Source: Bdellovibrionales bacterium
GTDB taxonomy: Bacteria > Bdellovibrionota > UBA1018 > CAIMNF01
Assembly (NCBI GenBank): GCA_947372355.1
Contig: CANBTI010000003.1
Coordinates: 1,438-65,437 of the forward strand
Length of the DNA: 64,000 nt
Direction of reading: 5' to 3'
A model generated the notes under the pieces. That model worked only from the letters and a program-made list of their open reading frames with translations. It was not told the origin of the DNA and searched no databases. The translations under genes were made by a program, and so were the position numbers. Positions 37,511 to 48,998 of the stretch are shown here, piece after piece (the stretch's first letter is position 1; each line of letters starts with the position of its first letter).

Positions 37511-39277
37511 ATGCGAGGCTCAAACATTAACCTGTTGAAATTACTTAATAAATCACATTCACTAACGGTGGGATTTCTGCTTATTTTTACACTTTCTAGT
37601 TGTTCAAATATTCCGATGAAAAAAACCAGCGAAGCGGATGGCGCAGCGAATAACGTTTTGAGTAGAACTCAAGATGCGTGGGAGAAGCAGGATCATACCG
37701 CTAGTGCAGACTTCCACTTCGCCTTAGCTCAAGCTTATTCATCAGAAGGAAAGGTAGATTCTGCAATTGAAGAATATAGAGCAGCTTTAATCTACGATTC
37801 AAACTCATCAGTGATTCATACCAAGCTAGCTTCCGAATATTTACGAAAAGGTTCAACGAGTTTTGCGATCGAAGAGTGCAATCGTGCAATCCAACTTGAT
37901 CCAACATCAATTGATGCAAGATTAATTCTAGGCGGAATCTATTCAGTGAGTAGTGATCCCGATAAAGCGATTCATGAATATGAAGAAATTTTGAAAATTG
38001 ATTCTCGCAATGATGAGGCAGCGGTTTTTAAAACCCAATCTCTAGTGGAAAAGGATCGTCAAGCAGAAGCGCTACAATTTATCCGAAGCTTTGTTAAAAA
38101 GGTGGATGATTCGGCAGCAGCTTGGTTTTACGCCGGAAAATTGGAGCAATTAAAAGGTAGTCCTAATGTTGCGGTAGCAGATCTTCGTAAGGCACTAGAT
38201 ATCAGACCTGGATTCACACAAGCAACAGTGGCACTTGGAATGATTTTAGAGAGTCTAGGCGAGACCGCTAAAGCTCAAGAGGTTTATGAAGAGCACCTTG
38301 AACAGAAACAAGATATTAATGTAGCCGGTCGCTTAGCCGCGCTTTACCTAAAACAAGAACAAATGGATTCAGCTCTAAAAGTATTAAATATTATGGCCGT
38401 TCTTGATCCAGAAGATTTAAATACTCAGATGAAAATTGGTTTGGTGTACCTACAAAAACAAGATTGGACCAACTCCGAGAAAACATTTAATGGGATTTTA
38501 GAGAAAGTGCCTGACTCGGATAAAGCTCATTACTATATTTCTGCCACCTATGAAGAAATGGGTAAAGTGAATGAGTCTTTAGAGCACCTTCTAAAAATTT
38601 CACCAGATTCAAAACTATATGAAGATGCAAACCTTCACGTGGCTTTAGTTTATAAAAAAATGGGTAAACATGAAGTTGCGACAGGGGTGATTTCAAATGC
38701 CATAAAAAAGGCTCCAGAAACTGCTGGATTTTATATCATGATGGCAAGTTTGCATGAAGATAAGAAAGAGTTAAAAGCAGCGAGTGATGTCCTTAATGAT
38801 GGACTTAAGCTTTTTCCTGAAAATGAAAAAATGAGATATTTCTACGGAGCGCTTCTAGATAAACAAGCTAAGCAAGATGAAGCCGTTGAAGAGATGGAAA
38901 AACTTTTAAAACAAAACCCCAACCATGCTGATGCTTTGAATTATGTGGCTTATACATGGACCTCTCAAGGGGTTCGACTTCAAGATGCGGAAGATATGTT
39001 AAAGAAAGCGATCAAGCTCAGACCCAATAGTCCCTTTATATTGGATAGCATGGGTTGGAATCAATTTCGTTTAGGTAAACAGGAGTCTGCGCTTCGTTAT
39101 CTGGAAAAAGCGGTAAGCTTAAAATCCGATGAACAGGCCATCTTAGAACATTTGGTTGAGGTTTACTCTAGAAATCAAATGCCAGAGAGAGCTCAGGCAA
39201 CACGAGTGAAGATTCAAAAATTGAGTACAGACATTTCGGATGTCTCTCTTCGTTCTCCCGCTTCCGTTGAACCATGA
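37511..39277 (+). CDS. TPR-repeat lipoprotein (588 aa)
   Basis: Lipobox LSSC. At least 10 TPR-like units across the protein. Confidence 0.6.
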   Translation: MRGSNINLLKLLNKSHSLTVGFLLIFTLSSCSNIPMKKTSEADGAANNVLSRTQDAWEKQDHTASADFHFALAQAYSSEGKVDSAIEEYRAALIYDSNSSVIHTKLASEYLRKGSTSFAIEECNRAIQLDPTSIDARLILGGIYSVSSDPDKAIHEYEEILKIDSRNDEAAVFKTQSLVEKDRQAEALQFIRSFVKKVDDSAAAWFYAGKLEQLKGSPNVAVADLRKALDIRPGFTQATVALGMILESLGETAKAQEVYEEHLEQKQDINVAGRLAALYLKQEQMDSALKVLNIMAVLDPEDLNTQMKIGLVYLQKQDWTNSEKTFNGILEKVPDSDKAHYYISATYEEMGKVNESLEHLLKISPDSKLYEDANLHVALVYKKMGKHEVATGVISNAIKKAPETAGFYIMMASLHEDKKELKAASDVLNDGLKLFPENEKMRYFYGALLDKQAKQDEAVEEMEKLLKQNPNHADALNYVAYTWTSQGVRLQDAEDMLKKAIKLRPNSPFILDSMGWNQFRLGKQESALRYLEKAVSLKSDEQAILEHLVEVYSRNQMPERAQATRVKIQKLSTDISDVSLRSPASVEP

Positions 39278-39289
39278 TATATTGAGTTT

Positions 39290-39973
39290 ATGTTCAATCA
39301 ATGGGTAACCGCTATACTTTTGCTGTCAGTTTTGGCGACTGCTTGCAGCACTATGCCAAAAAGTAGTTTAGAAAAAATTTCACAAAAAGAAGCAGAATCG
39401 TTTTTGAGTGAATACTGCTCCAAATACTCTCTAAAAGCGGATTTAGATCAGGAACTTTTTGGAGAAATATTAGTTCGTTCCAGTACCAAAGAGTTCAAAG
39501 GGCAATATCCAGCCAGCATTCACTTTTCCAAAGATAAAAGCTTTACTTTGGAGGTAACCAATTTGATTGGTGGAACTGTCGCCATGCTGAAGGGTGATCC
39601 CGGTTCAGTAGAAGTCTTTTCACCGAGTCGCCCTCAGTATAATCGGAAAGGGATCAAGCAATACATGGGCTTATCCATTCCATTGTTTGCAAAATTACTT
39701 CATGGGGATTTACCTTGTCCTGACTCCAAAGTGGTGAATGTAGAAGGGTATGAAATCATCATTAAAGACTCAGGTTTGGAATGGCGAATCGAAAGATCTG
39801 ATTCAAGTTCGGGATCCGTTCCTGTAAAGACTCGCATTCTTGAGCAGGGCAAACTCAAAGTTGAAATGCTGATTGAGGGTTGGAATTCCAAAGACCATTT
39901 CGCTGAAAAAGTAAAAGTGCACACTTCTGAAGGTGATTTGAAGTGGTCTTGGCGTTCTCGAGAATTAAAATAA
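39290..39973 (+). CDS. lipoprotein, possibly LolB/LolA-fold
   Basis: Lipobox LATAC, about 227 aa, beta-rich. Family assignment is tentative. Confidence 0.3.
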   Translation: MFNQWVTAILLLSVLATACSTMPKSSLEKISQKEAESFLSEYCSKYSLKADLDQELFGEILVRSSTKEFKGQYPASIHFSKDKSFTLEVTNLIGGTVAMLKGDPGSVEVFSPSRPQYNRKGIKQYMGLSIPLFAKLLHGDLPCPDSKVVNVEGYEIIIKDSGLEWRIERSDSSSGSVPVKTRILEQGKLKVEMLIEGWNSKDHFAEKVKVHTSEGDLKWSWRSRELK

Positions 39974-40087
39974 AAAATAATAAAAAATAGCTTGTGAGTG
40001 TTTTTTGAAAACACACACTGGTGTCAGTTTGGCGTATACTTTTTATGTATTTTTAAATTTTCATTGTTGGTTTAAGTTCATTCGATT

Positions 40088-41032
40088 ATGTGGGCTTATA
40101 CAATTCGTCGCTTGTTATATTCAATTCCAATCCTCTTCGGTGTTTCATTAGTGGTGTTCGCACTTTTCCATTTAGTGGGCGGAGATCCTGCTCAATTATT
40201 ACTGGGAAAACACGCCACTGCTGAAAGAGTCGCGGTGGTAAGAACGGAACTTGGTTTAGATCGTCCATTAATTTATCAGTTTGGAAACTACCTAAAAGAG
40301 ATCGTTACTTTTGATTTTGGCAAGAGTTACACCACGCGAGAAGAAATCAGAAAAAAAATTGCAGATGGATTTATTCCTACCCTGTGTTTATCGGTTCCCG
40401 CTTTTTTTCTCACCGCGATTTTATCACTCGGAATCGCATTGTTTGTCGCTTATTTTCGAGGGCGATGGATTGATCGATTGTCAGTAATCTTTTTTGTTTT
40501 TTTAATGAGTATGCCAGGTTTAGCTTACATTTTATTTGGTCAGTATATTCTGGCTTCCAAGTTAGGGCTTTTTCCAATCTCAGGTTATGGATCGAGTTGG
40601 GAGGATCGAGTGAAGTATCTGGCTTTACCTGTTCTCATTTCGGTTTTCCTCAATCTTGGATCTGATATTCGGTTTTTTAGAAATTCGGTGATTGAAGAAG
40701 TGAATCAAGATTATGTACGAACTGCTCGTGCAAAGGGCTTGGGAGAAGTGTTTGTCTATTTAAAGCATGTTCTTAAAAATAGTATGATTCCGGTGATCAC
40801 CTATGTGGTTATTCAAATTCCTTATCTTGTTTTGGGATCGTTGTTGTTAGAAAGCTTTTTTTCCATTCCTGGTTTAGGTGGAATGACAATTGAGGCTGTG
40901 AATAATAGTGATTTTCCAATGCTGAAAGCCATGACCACGGTGATTTCGATGATCTATATCTTAACCACGATCTTAACCGATATTCTTTATCGTTTGGTGG
41001 ATCCTCGCATGAGTTTTGGAAAGAGAGGGTAA
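40088..41032 (+). CDS. ABC peptide-transporter permease (OppB/DppB family)
   Basis: 'MWAYTIRRLLYSIPILFGVSLVVF' N-terminus. EAA-like motif 'YVRTARAKGL'. Confidence 0.8.
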   Translation: MWAYTIRRLLYSIPILFGVSLVVFALFHLVGGDPAQLLLGKHATAERVAVVRTELGLDRPLIYQFGNYLKEIVTFDFGKSYTTREEIRKKIADGFIPTLCLSVPAFFLTAILSLGIALFVAYFRGRWIDRLSVIFFVFLMSMPGLAYILFGQYILASKLGLFPISGYGSSWEDRVKYLALPVLISVFLNLGSDIRFFRNSVIEEVNQDYVRTARAKGLGEVFVYLKHVLKNSMIPVITYVVIQIPYLVLGSLLLESFFSIPGLGGMTIEAVNNSDFPMLKAMTTVISMIYILTTILTDILYRLVDPRMSFGKRG

Positions 41033-41036
41033 CCAA

Positions 41037-41882
41037 ATGTGGACGATTGCTCTTAAAAAAGTTTTTAGTAAAAAAATTCCACTGATCTGCGCATCGATCA
41101 TCTTGATGTTTGTATTGGTGGCAGCGCTTGCTCAATTTTTTGGATTTGCATCAGCTTGGGATATTCCGATTGGCGCTCAATATCTTCCTCCTCAGTTTGG
41201 TGGAGGATTTAAAATGTTGCTTGGAACGGATATTTTGGGTCGAAGCGTAATGTATAAGGTGATTCAAGGTACCCGTGTTGCCTTGAGCGTTGGAATTGTG
41301 ACGGCTATCCTAAGCGCACCCATTGGTATTTTCTTTGGATGCATTTCTGGATATTTCGGTGGGGTGATTGATGATCTCATTATTTGGTTTATCACTACGC
41401 TTTCTTCCATTCCAAACATCCTGCTTTTAATAGCCATCAGTTACTCTATGGGAAGAGGTATGAGTGCTGTTTATATCGCATTAACAGCCACAAGTTGGAT
41501 TTCACTTGCTCGTATTTTAAGAGGAGAAGTGATCAAGCATAAACAAAAAGAATACTTGGTTGCTGCCGAGAGTATTGGGGCGACCCATCAGAAAAGAATT
41601 TTTATTCATTTGCTTCCGAATGTGACTCATCAGATTATTCTGAGTATGACATTTATGGTTGAAATGGCGATTCGATCAGAAGTTTTACTGTCTTACCTCG
41701 GATTAGGGGTTCAAAATTTGCCAAGTTGGGGCAAAATGATTGATGACGCCAAAGGAGAATTAAGTACCGGAGTTTGGTGGCAGTTAACCGCTGCTACCGT
41801 GGCGATGTTTTTTCTGATGTTTTCAATCAATGTATTGGGAGATTATTTGCGAGACGCTTTGGATCCGCGAGGAAATGTATGA
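41037..41882 (+). CDS. ABC peptide-transporter permease (OppC/DppC family)
   Basis: RBS GAGAGGG before the ATG at 41037. Six TM helices. '[18 protein letters not shown]' conserved loop. Confidence 0.75.
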   Translation: MWTIALKKVFSKKIPLICASIILMFVLVAALAQFFGFASAWDIPIGAQYLPPQFGGGFKMLLGTDILGRSVMYKVIQGTRVALSVGIVTAILSAPIGIFFGCISGYFGGVIDDLIIWFITTLSSIPNILLLIAISYSMGRGMSAVYIALTATSWISLARILRGEVIKHKQKEYLVAAESIGATHQKRIFIHLLPNVTHQIILSMTFMVEMAIRSEVLLSYLGLGVQNLPSWGKMIDDAKGELSTGVWWQLTAATVAMFFLMFSINVLGDYLRDALDPRGNV

Positions 41883-42892
41883 TGGAAAAAATTTTAGAAG
41901 TAAAAAATTTGCAGACTTCTTTTTTCACCGATCGCGGTGAAGTCAAAGCGGTGGATAATGTGAGCTTTGATCTCTACAAGGGAAAGACTGTTGGGATTGT
42001 TGGAGAATCGGGTTGCGGTAAATCAGTCACCTCACTTTCTATCATGAGACTAATTCCAAGCCCTCCGGGTAAAATTGTGGGTGGGGAAATCCTTTATAAA
42101 GGACAAAACCTTTTAAATTTAAATATGGAACAGATGAGAAAAATTCGTGGAAATGAAATTTCTATGATTTTTCAAGAGCCCATGACCTCTCTGAATCCAG
42201 TATTCACAGTTGGAAATCAATTGATTGAAGCGATTCGTTTGCATCAAGATCTCTCTAAAAAAGCTGCACTCGATAAAGCGGTAGAGATGTTAAAATTAGT
42301 GGGAATTCCTGCTCCTGATAAACGAGTGAATGATTATCCTCATCAATTATCAGGTGGGATGAGACAGCGAGTGATGATCGCCATGGCACTTTCTTGTAAT
42401 CCAAACATTTTAATTGCCGATGAGCCTACCACTGCACTCGATGTAACGATTCAAGCACAAATTTTAGATCTTTTGCGTGATCTTCAGCAAAAGATGGGAA
42501 TGTCGATCATGCTCATTACCCATGATTTAGGTGTAGTGGCTGAAATGGCGGATGAAGTAGTGGTGATGTATGCGGGTAAGGTTGCAGAGCGTGGTCCGGT
42601 GAATGAAATTTTCGCTTCACCAAAACATCCTTACACTCAAGGTTTGCTGAACAGTATTCCGATTCTCAGTAAAGATCCAAGTGGAAAAGTGAAGAAGAAA
42701 CGCTTAGAGCCAATACCAGGAATTGTGCCTAATTTACTAGATCTTCCTCGTGGCTGTCGTTTTCAAGAGCGTTGTAAACACGTAGTACAGGCTTGTCGTG
42801 AAGCAGAACCTGAATTACGAGTTTTGAAAGATGAACCAGTTCATCGTGAAGTAAGATGCATACGAGCAGAAGAAATTGCGAGGTCTTTATGA
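41879..42892 (+). CDS. ABC transporter ATP-binding protein (OppD/DppD family)
   Basis: Walker A GESGCGKS, signature LSGGMRQRV, Walker [17 protein letters not shown] overlap with the upstream stop. Confidence 0.8.
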   Translation: MMEKILEVKNLQTSFFTDRGEVKAVDNVSFDLYKGKTVGIVGESGCGKSVTSLSIMRLIPSPPGKIVGGEILYKGQNLLNLNMEQMRKIRGNEISMIFQEPMTSLNPVFTVGNQLIEAIRLHQDLSKKAALDKAVEMLKLVGIPAPDKRVNDYPHQLSGGMRQRVMIAMALSCNPNILIADEPTTALDVTIQAQILDLLRDLQQKMGMSIMLITHDLGVVAEMADEVVVMYAGKVAERGPVNEIFASPKHPYTQGLLNSIPILSKDPSGKVKKKRLEPIPGIVPNLLDLPRGCRFQERCKHVVQACREAEPELRVLKDEPVHREVRCIRAEEIARSL

Positions 42893-43911
42893 GCACTCCA
42901 GAAAATAAAGAAGTATTGTTATCGGTTAGAAATTTAGTGAAACAATTTCCAGTCAAAGGTGGTTTTTTTGGACGTGAAGTTGCATCCGTAAAAGCAGTTC
43001 AAAACGTATCATTTGATATTTATAAGGGTGAAACATTGGGGCTTGTGGGTGAATCAGGCTGCGGAAAATCAACCTTGGGTCGTTCCATTTTAAGATTAAT
43101 TGAACCAACTTCAGGGGAAATTTTCTTCAAGGGACAAGACATTACCAAAATTGGCCAAGCTGAAATGCGTAAATTACGCCGTAATATGCAGATCATATTT
43201 CAAGATCCCTACGCATCCCTCAATCCTCGAATGACGATTGAAGAAATTTTAGGTGAACCACTTGAAATTCATAAATTGACGAATTCAAAAGAAGAAAAAT
43301 TGAAGCGTATCTATGAGTTGTTTGATCTTGTTGGCTTAAGAAAAGAATCTCTTACTCGTTACCCACACGAATTTTCAGGTGGCCAGCGCCAGCGCATTTG
43401 TATTGCGCGCGCTCTTGCTGTTCAACCTGAGTTCATCGTATGTGATGAACCGGTATCGGCACTCGATGTATCAATTCAAGCTCAAATTATCAATCTGATG
43501 CAAGATCTTCAAAAAGAATTGAAACTCACTTATTTATTCATTGCCCATGATCTAAAAGTTGTGGAGCACATTTCAAATCGAGTGGCCGTGATGTATTTGG
43601 GAAAAGTGGCAGAAATCGCTGAAGGGGATGATCTTTATGCTCATCCAAAACATCCTTATACTAAGGCACTTTTATCTGCGATTCCTGTTCCCGATCCTAC
43701 ACATAAAAGAGATCGAGTGATTTTAAAAGGTGATGTTCCATCTCCGATGAATCCTCCGAGTGGTTGTTACTTCAATCCGAGATGCCCAGTGGTTCAAGAT
43801 AAATGTAGAGTTGATCATCCGGAATTATTGAAAGTGAGTAATGGAGATGTTCACATGGCCGCTTGTCATTATCCTAGTGATGCTCCGCTACCAACAGGAT
43901 TACATAAATGA
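42889..43911 (+). CDS. ABC transporter ATP-binding protein (OppF/DppF family)
   Basis: Walker [10 protein letters not shown], signature [10 protein letters not shown]-terminal oligopeptide-ABC extension. ATGA overlap with the upstream stop. Confidence 0.8.
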   Translation: MSTPENKEVLLSVRNLVKQFPVKGGFFGREVASVKAVQNVSFDIYKGETLGLVGESGCGKSTLGRSILRLIEPTSGEIFFKGQDITKIGQAEMRKLRRNMQIIFQDPYASLNPRMTIEEILGEPLEIHKLTNSKEEKLKRIYELFDLVGLRKESLTRYPHEFSGGQRQRICIARALAVQPEFIVCDEPVSALDVSIQAQIINLMQDLQKELKLTYLFIAHDLKVVEHISNRVAVMYLGKVAEIAEGDDLYAHPKHPYTKALLSAIPVPDPTHKRDRVILKGDVPSPMNPPSGCYFNPRCPVVQDKCRVDHPELLKVSNGDVHMAACHYPSDAPLPTGLHK

Positions 43912-44195
43912 TGAAACTCACGCCCTACCAGCAAGATGCAGAAATGAAGCAAATTCTCGATTGGAAATTAAACTCCAATGGTGAAATTGAAAAAACTTTC
44001 ACCTTCACGGGTTTTCCTCAATCGATGATGTTTGTTCAAGCGGTTGGGTTACTCGCGGAATCGAAAAACCATCATCCCGATATTTTAATTCAATGGAATA
44101 AAGTGAGATTAGGTTTAACCACGCATGATGCTGGTGGATTATCGTCTAAGGATTTTGAATTAGCGAAACTCATTAATCTTTTACCGATCATATAA
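43908..44195 (+). CDS. pterin-4a-carbinolamine dehydratase (PCD/DCoH)
   Basis: '[24 protein letters not shown]' matches the [EDKH]-x3-H-[HN]-P...T-H signature. Confidence 0.7.
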   Translation: MMKLTPYQQDAEMKQILDWKLNSNGEIEKTFTFTGFPQSMMFVQAVGLLAESKNHHPDILIQWNKVRLGLTTHDAGGLSSKDFELAKLINLLPII

Positions 44196-44198
44196 ATT

Positions 44199-44987
44199 AT
44201 GAAAACAATTTTAATTACGGGTGCTTCTTCTGGAATTGGTGAGGCTTTGGCCATTGAATGGTCTAAGCAAAAAAACATTTCCTTGATCCTAGCAGCCCGC
44301 ACGCGATCAGCACTGGAGAAAATTTCTGGTCTATGTATCGCTAATGGGGCTGAGTCTTTTGTAATGGAAATGGATTTATCTAATGCTGCTTCTATTGATA
44401 AAGCAGTGATTGAAATCAATTCACGTTTTCCACGAATAGATATCGTTGTTCATAACGGAGGGATCTCTCAAAGATCTTTTGCAAAGGATACAACGATGGA
44501 TGTTTACCGCCGATTAATGGAAGTGAATTTTTTTGGTACCGTTCAGCTTACACGCTCTTTACTTCCAAAAATGATTGAAAACAAGTCTGGGCAATTTGTG
44601 GTGGTGACCAGCATTGTGGGTAAAATTGGAACTCCTCAACGTTCAGGATATGCGGCATCTAAACATGCACTTCATGGATTTTTTGATAGTTTAAGAGCAG
44701 AAGTTTGTCATGATGGAATTCAAGTAACAATTGTTTGCCCAGGTTATGTGAAAACAAATCTTCCATTTACGGCATTGAAGGCAGATGGAAGTAAGCATAA
44801 CCAAATGGATGTAACCACAGCGAATGGAATTGATCCTTCTGTATTTGCTCAAAAAATGATTGCTGCAATAGAAGCTAAAAAAGAAGAAGTTTATATTGCC
44901 GGAGCCCGTGAAGTGATGGGGATCTATCTAAAACGGTTTTTCCCGAGGTTGTTATCTAAGATTGTGGCTAAAGCTCGGGTTGTTTGA
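44199..44987 (+). CDS. SDR-family oxidoreductase
   Basis: TGASSGIGEALA cofactor motif. YAASK catalytic dyad. NGG motif. Confidence 0.75.
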   Translation: MKTILITGASSGIGEALAIEWSKQKNISLILAARTRSALEKISGLCIANGAESFVMEMDLSNAASIDKAVIEINSRFPRIDIVVHNGGISQRSFAKDTTMDVYRRLMEVNFFGTVQLTRSLLPKMIENKSGQFVVVTSIVGKIGTPQRSGYAASKHALHGFFDSLRAEVCHDGIQVTIVCPGYVKTNLPFTALKADGSKHNQMDVTTANGIDPSVFAQKMIAAIEAKKEEVYIAGAREVMGIYLKRFFPRLLSKIVAKARVV

Positions 44988-45039
44988 AATTTTAATTTAA
45001 CACACCCCCGCAGAGGCGTTTTTCAGCTACAATATTGAA

Positions 45040-46674
45040 ATGTCTCAATCTACAAACTTCAAAGTTGGCAACATCGTTAATGAACCCATTTATGGCTACC
45101 TCAAAGGCAGTAAAGATAAACAGCTATTAAAAGAGGCGATCAACAAAGCGGAAAGTGAAATCGTAGAAATTCCCTGCATCATCGGTGGCAAGGAAATCAA
45201 AACTGGAAATATATTTGAAATCCGCATGCCTCATGATCATAAACATGTGATCGCCAGAGTTCATCTCGCAGGCAAAGAAGAGTTAAAGCTCGCCGTTGAA
45301 GCATCTCTAAAAGCTAAAAAAGAATGGGAATCATTAGAATGGTTTGAACGCGCTAAAATTTTTATGAAGGCTGCTGATTTATTAGCAGGACCATGGCGCC
45401 CGATCGTGAATGCAGCAACGATGCTCGGCCAATCCAAAAATGCTTTTCAAGCTGAAGTGGATTCAGCTTGTGAGATGATTGATTTTTTTAGATTCAATGC
45501 TCAGTTTTATGAAAAAATTATTTCCGAGCAACCACTCTCTGTTTCGGGAATTCATAACTCCGTAGATTGCCGCCCGCTAGAGGGATTTATCTTCGCGGTC
45601 ACTCCATTTAATTTTACCGCGATCGCTGGAAATCTTCCAGCAGCACCAGCCATGGTTGGAAACACTGTAGTTTGGAAACCATCTGAGCAACAATGTTTAT
45701 CAGCGTATCGTACAATGCAGCTTTTCATCGAAGCAGGATTACCTGCAGGAGTGATTAATTTTGTACCAGCGTTAGGGCCCGTAGCAGGTGAGGTGTGTTT
45801 GAATCATCCGGAACTTGCTGGCGTTCATTTCACCGGATCAAGCGCCACTTTCAATCACATTTGCAAAACGATCGGCACCAATATTGAACTCTATAAAAGT
45901 TTTCCACGCGTAGTAGGCGAAACAGGCGGAAAAGATTTCGTGTTTGCTCATCCTTCAGCAGATTTAGAAGTTCTCAATGTGGCTCTCATTCGTGGAGCGT
46001 TCGAGTATCAAGGACAAAAATGTTCAGCCGCATCTCGTGCCTATATTCCTGCCTCATTATGGGGAAAATTAGAGCCAAAACTGATGGCTGATCTTAAATC
46101 TATTAAAATGGGTGATGTTCGTGATTTTAGAAATTTAGTGAATGCAGTAATCGATGAGCGTTCCTTTAATAAAATCAAAGGTTTCATTGATCATGCAAAA
46201 ACAGATTCCAAAGTAAAAATCATCGCAGGTGGAGAATGTGATTCAACAAAGGGATATTTTATAAGTCCTACTGTGATATTAACTTCAGATCCAAAATCAC
46301 GCACGATGTGTGAAGAAATTTTTGGACCAGTGCTCACGATCTTTGTTTATGAAGATTCAAAACTGGAAGAAACTTTAAAAATTTGTAACGAAACCTCTCC
46401 TTACGCACTCACTGGAGCAATCATTGCGCAAGATCGCATGGGTGTTCATGTGATGATGAATGCGCTAAGGCATTCTGCTGGTAACATGTACATCAATGAT
46501 AAACCAACGGGAGCAGTGGTTGGACAACAACCATTTGGTGGTGCTCGCAGATCAGGAACTAATGATAAAGCGGGAAGTGCTTTGAATATTACCCGTTGGA
46601 TGAGTATGCGTACGATCAAGGAAAATTTCGTACCCCCAAAAACAATTTTATACCCTTACATGGATGAAGAATAA
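45040..46674 (+). CDS. pruA: L-glutamate gamma-semialdehyde (1-pyrroline-5-carboxylate) dehydrogenase, ALDH superfamily
   Basis: 544 aa. ALDH Glu motif 'ETGGKDF'. Catalytic Cys 'GQKCSAASR'. Size and N-terminus fit the PruA/RocA clade. Confidence 0.7.
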   Translation: MSQSTNFKVGNIVNEPIYGYLKGSKDKQLLKEAINKAESEIVEIPCIIGGKEIKTGNIFEIRMPHDHKHVIARVHLAGKEELKLAVEASLKAKKEWESLEWFERAKIFMKAADLLAGPWRPIVNAATMLGQSKNAFQAEVDSACEMIDFFRFNAQFYEKIISEQPLSVSGIHNSVDCRPLEGFIFAVTPFNFTAIAGNLPAAPAMVGNTVVWKPSEQQCLSAYRTMQLFIEAGLPAGVINFVPALGPVAGEVCLNHPELAGVHFTGSSATFNHICKTIGTNIELYKSFPRVVGETGGKDFVFAHPSADLEVLNVALIRGAFEYQGQKCSAASRAYIPASLWGKLEPKLMADLKSIKMGDVRDFRNLVNAVIDERSFNKIKGFIDHAKTDSKVKIIAGGECDSTKGYFISPTVILTSDPKSRTMCEEIFGPVLTIFVYEDSKLEETLKICNETSPYALTGAIIAQDRMGVHVMMNALRHSAGNMYINDKPTGAVVGQQPFGGARRSGTNDKAGSALNITRWMSMRTIKENFVPPKTILYPYMDEE

Positions 46675-46686
46675 TCAGGAGTAAAT

Positions 46687-48183
46687 ATGAGCCAATCAAA
46701 ATATGATTTATATAAAAAGCAAATGGGTAAAGTAGCAGATCTTAGTAATGCTGGAGCTGTGCTTAGTTGGGATCAGCAAACCTATATGCCGAAAAATGGT
46801 GCTGAATTTCGCGGACAACAACTTGCTACTTTGCAAACAATGGCTCATGAACAATTTGTTTTAGAGGATTTAGGGTCTTTGTTGGATTCAGCAACAAATG
46901 AAAATCTTACTGAAGATCAAAAAGTGAATCTCAAGATCACTAAAAAAGATTTTGAACGGAAGAAGAAATATCCTCATGAATTTGTAGAAGAAATGGCTAA
47001 CGTAACAGCGAGCGGTTTTAGTGCGTGGCACGAAGCTCGTACTAAGAATGATTTTAAAATATTCCAACCTGTTCTTGAAAAAATCGTTGAATTAAAGCGT
47101 AAGGAAGCGAAAATTCTGGGTTATGCAGAACATCCTTATGATGCTCTCATGGAAGATTATGAGCCTGGATTAACGGTTAAAAAGGTGGATGAGGTTTTTA
47201 CCGATGTAAAAAATCAACTTTTCCCTTTTTTAAAAACCATTCTCGCTAAGCCAAAATCTCGTGTTGACTTTATTTCACGTCATTATCCTAAAGATAAACA
47301 ATGGGCATTCTCAGAAAAAATGGTTCGTAAAATGGGATATAATTTTGATGGTGGACGCGCTGATTTCGCTCCTCATCCCTTTTGCACTACTTTTGGTCCT
47401 GGTGATGTGCGCATCACTATTCGAGCAAGCGAAGATTATTACAATGAGATGTTTTTCGCGGCAATTCATGAAGCCGGCCACGGATTGTATGAACAAGGTT
47501 TACCGATGCGTGAACAGTATGGACTACCTATGGGAAGTGCGCTTTCTCTCGCATTTCATGAATCTCAATCTCGTTTTTGGGAAAATAATGTAGCCCGTTC
47601 TCGCCCATACTGGGTTGGGAACTTTCCAGAATTACAAAAAGAATTTCCTGAAAGTTTAAAAGATGTGAGCGCTGAAGAATTCTATAAAGGCGTAAATTTA
47701 GTTGAGCCATCTTTCATTCGCGTTGAAGCAGATGAACTCACTTATCATGCCCATGTTTACATACGTTACCTCATTGAAAAGGCATTGATTGAAGGATCTC
47801 TTGAAGTGAGTCAAGTTCCTCAATTCTGGAATGATCGTTATGAAGAGTATCTCGGCATCAGACCAAAAAGCGATGCGGAAGGCTGCTTGCAAGATGTTCA
47901 CTGGAGTTATGGAAGCTTTGGTTATTTTCCTACCTATTCTTTGGGTAGTTTTTATTCTGCGCAAATTGAAGCGGCAATGAGAAAAGCAATACCTAGTTTT
48001 GATCGCGAAGTCGAAACAGGAAAATTCCCGATTTTATTGAAATGGCTGCGTGAAAATATTCATATACATGGACGAAAATATAATTCAGAAGAATTACTCA
48101 CTCGAATCAGTGGATCAGGATTAAAGTTTTCTTATTTTATGGATTATGCACGTAAAAAATACGGTGAAATTTATGGTATTTAG
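46687..48183 (+). CDS. M32-family carboxypeptidase (Taq-type)
   Basis: 'HEAGHGLYEQG' HExxH zinc site, 'HESQSRFWEN', 498 aa. Confidence 0.8.
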   Translation: MSQSKYDLYKKQMGKVADLSNAGAVLSWDQQTYMPKNGAEFRGQQLATLQTMAHEQFVLEDLGSLLDSATNENLTEDQKVNLKITKKDFERKKKYPHEFVEEMANVTASGFSAWHEARTKNDFKIFQPVLEKIVELKRKEAKILGYAEHPYDALMEDYEPGLTVKKVDEVFTDVKNQLFPFLKTILAKPKSRVDFISRHYPKDKQWAFSEKMVRKMGYNFDGGRADFAPHPFCTTFGPGDVRITIRASEDYYNEMFFAAIHEAGHGLYEQGLPMREQYGLPMGSALSLAFHESQSRFWENNVARSRPYWVGNFPELQKEFPESLKDVSAEEFYKGVNLVEPSFIRVEADELTYHAHVYIRYLIEKALIEGSLEVSQVPQFWNDRYEEYLGIRPKSDAEGCLQDVHWSYGSFGYFPTYSLGSFYSAQIEAAMRKAIPSFDREVETGKFPILLKWLRENIHIHGRKYNSEELLTRISGSGLKFSYFMDYARKKYGEIYGI

Positions 48184-48649
48184 TTTATTTTTTTTAATTA
48201 ACTCTGCATGTGCTGTTCCAAGTGACTCGAAATCCCTTAAAGTAACTAACAACACATCAACTTCTTGTGACTCTGTTGTCTATCTTCTATCTAGGAGAAA
48301 AGTAGAATATTTCAGTAGAATAAATAACACGAATTCAGCAGAAGGTTGTTTTGAAGTTGCAGATGAGGAGTGGAAAGAGCCTTTTTCCGTACCGGTTAGT
48401 TGTCAGTATAAAAAATTTAAAGATTTGTCTACCGAGGCTCGAGATGGATTTATTGGAATTGGTACTGGCTTTGATGGTGATTTTGCGATTGAAGGAAACG
48501 AAAAGGTTACCAGTGCAGTTTCTATGGCAAGAAAAAAAATACATGAAATGTTCATGGCAAAGTGTGAGGATAGGAATAAAGATAACAAGTTAAAACAAAA
48601 GTATGATCAAGAAAATAAAACCTCTTCATCAACAACAATAGCTCATTAA
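48173..48649 (+). CDS. small hypothetical secreted protein
   Basis: Signal peptide MVFSLFFLINSACA. No recognisable domains. The start is uncertain (the ORF track begins at 48146, inside the upstream gene). Confidence 0.3.
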   Translation: MVFSLFFLINSACAVPSDSKSLKVTNNTSTSCDSVVYLLSRRKVEYFSRINNTNSAEGCFEVADEEWKEPFSVPVSCQYKKFKDLSTEARDGFIGIGTGFDGDFAIEGNEKVTSAVSMARKKIHEMFMAKCEDRNKDNKLKQKYDQENKTSSSTTIAH

Positions 48650-48652
48650 AAA

Positions 48653-48985
48653 ATGAAACTCACAATTCCCATTATTTTATGTGGCCTCATTCTTTCCTCC
48701 TGTGCGTATTATGATGAAAAAAATCCACTAGATCCAAGTTTGATTACATCTGGGAATGTTTCTTGGCAAAAGGTATCAAGTGAATTTTTCGAACCAAGGT
48801 GTGCAATTTGCCATGCAAATGGCGAAGATGGAATTAATGTTTCAGACTACAACCAAGTCGTTTTAAGTATTGGCCAGATCAAAAGAAATGTAATCACCAG
48901 GAAAAATATGCCACCAGATTCAGCTCTTACGGCTTATGAAGATAAGCTCATCACTACTTGGATCAATGATGGAACTCCACTTTAA
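48653..48985 (+). CDS. small lipoprotein with a CxxCH haem-binding motif (cytochrome c-like)
   Basis: Lipobox LSSC. 'PRCAICHANGEDG' CxxCH. Possible distal Met ligand in 'KNMPPDS'. Confidence 0.45.
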   Translation: MKLTIPIILCGLILSSCAYYDEKNPLDPSLITSGNVSWQKVSSEFFEPRCAICHANGEDGINVSDYNQVVLSIGQIKRNVITRKNMPPDSALTAYEDKLITTWINDGTPL

Positions 48986-48998
48986 TTTGGAAAAACTT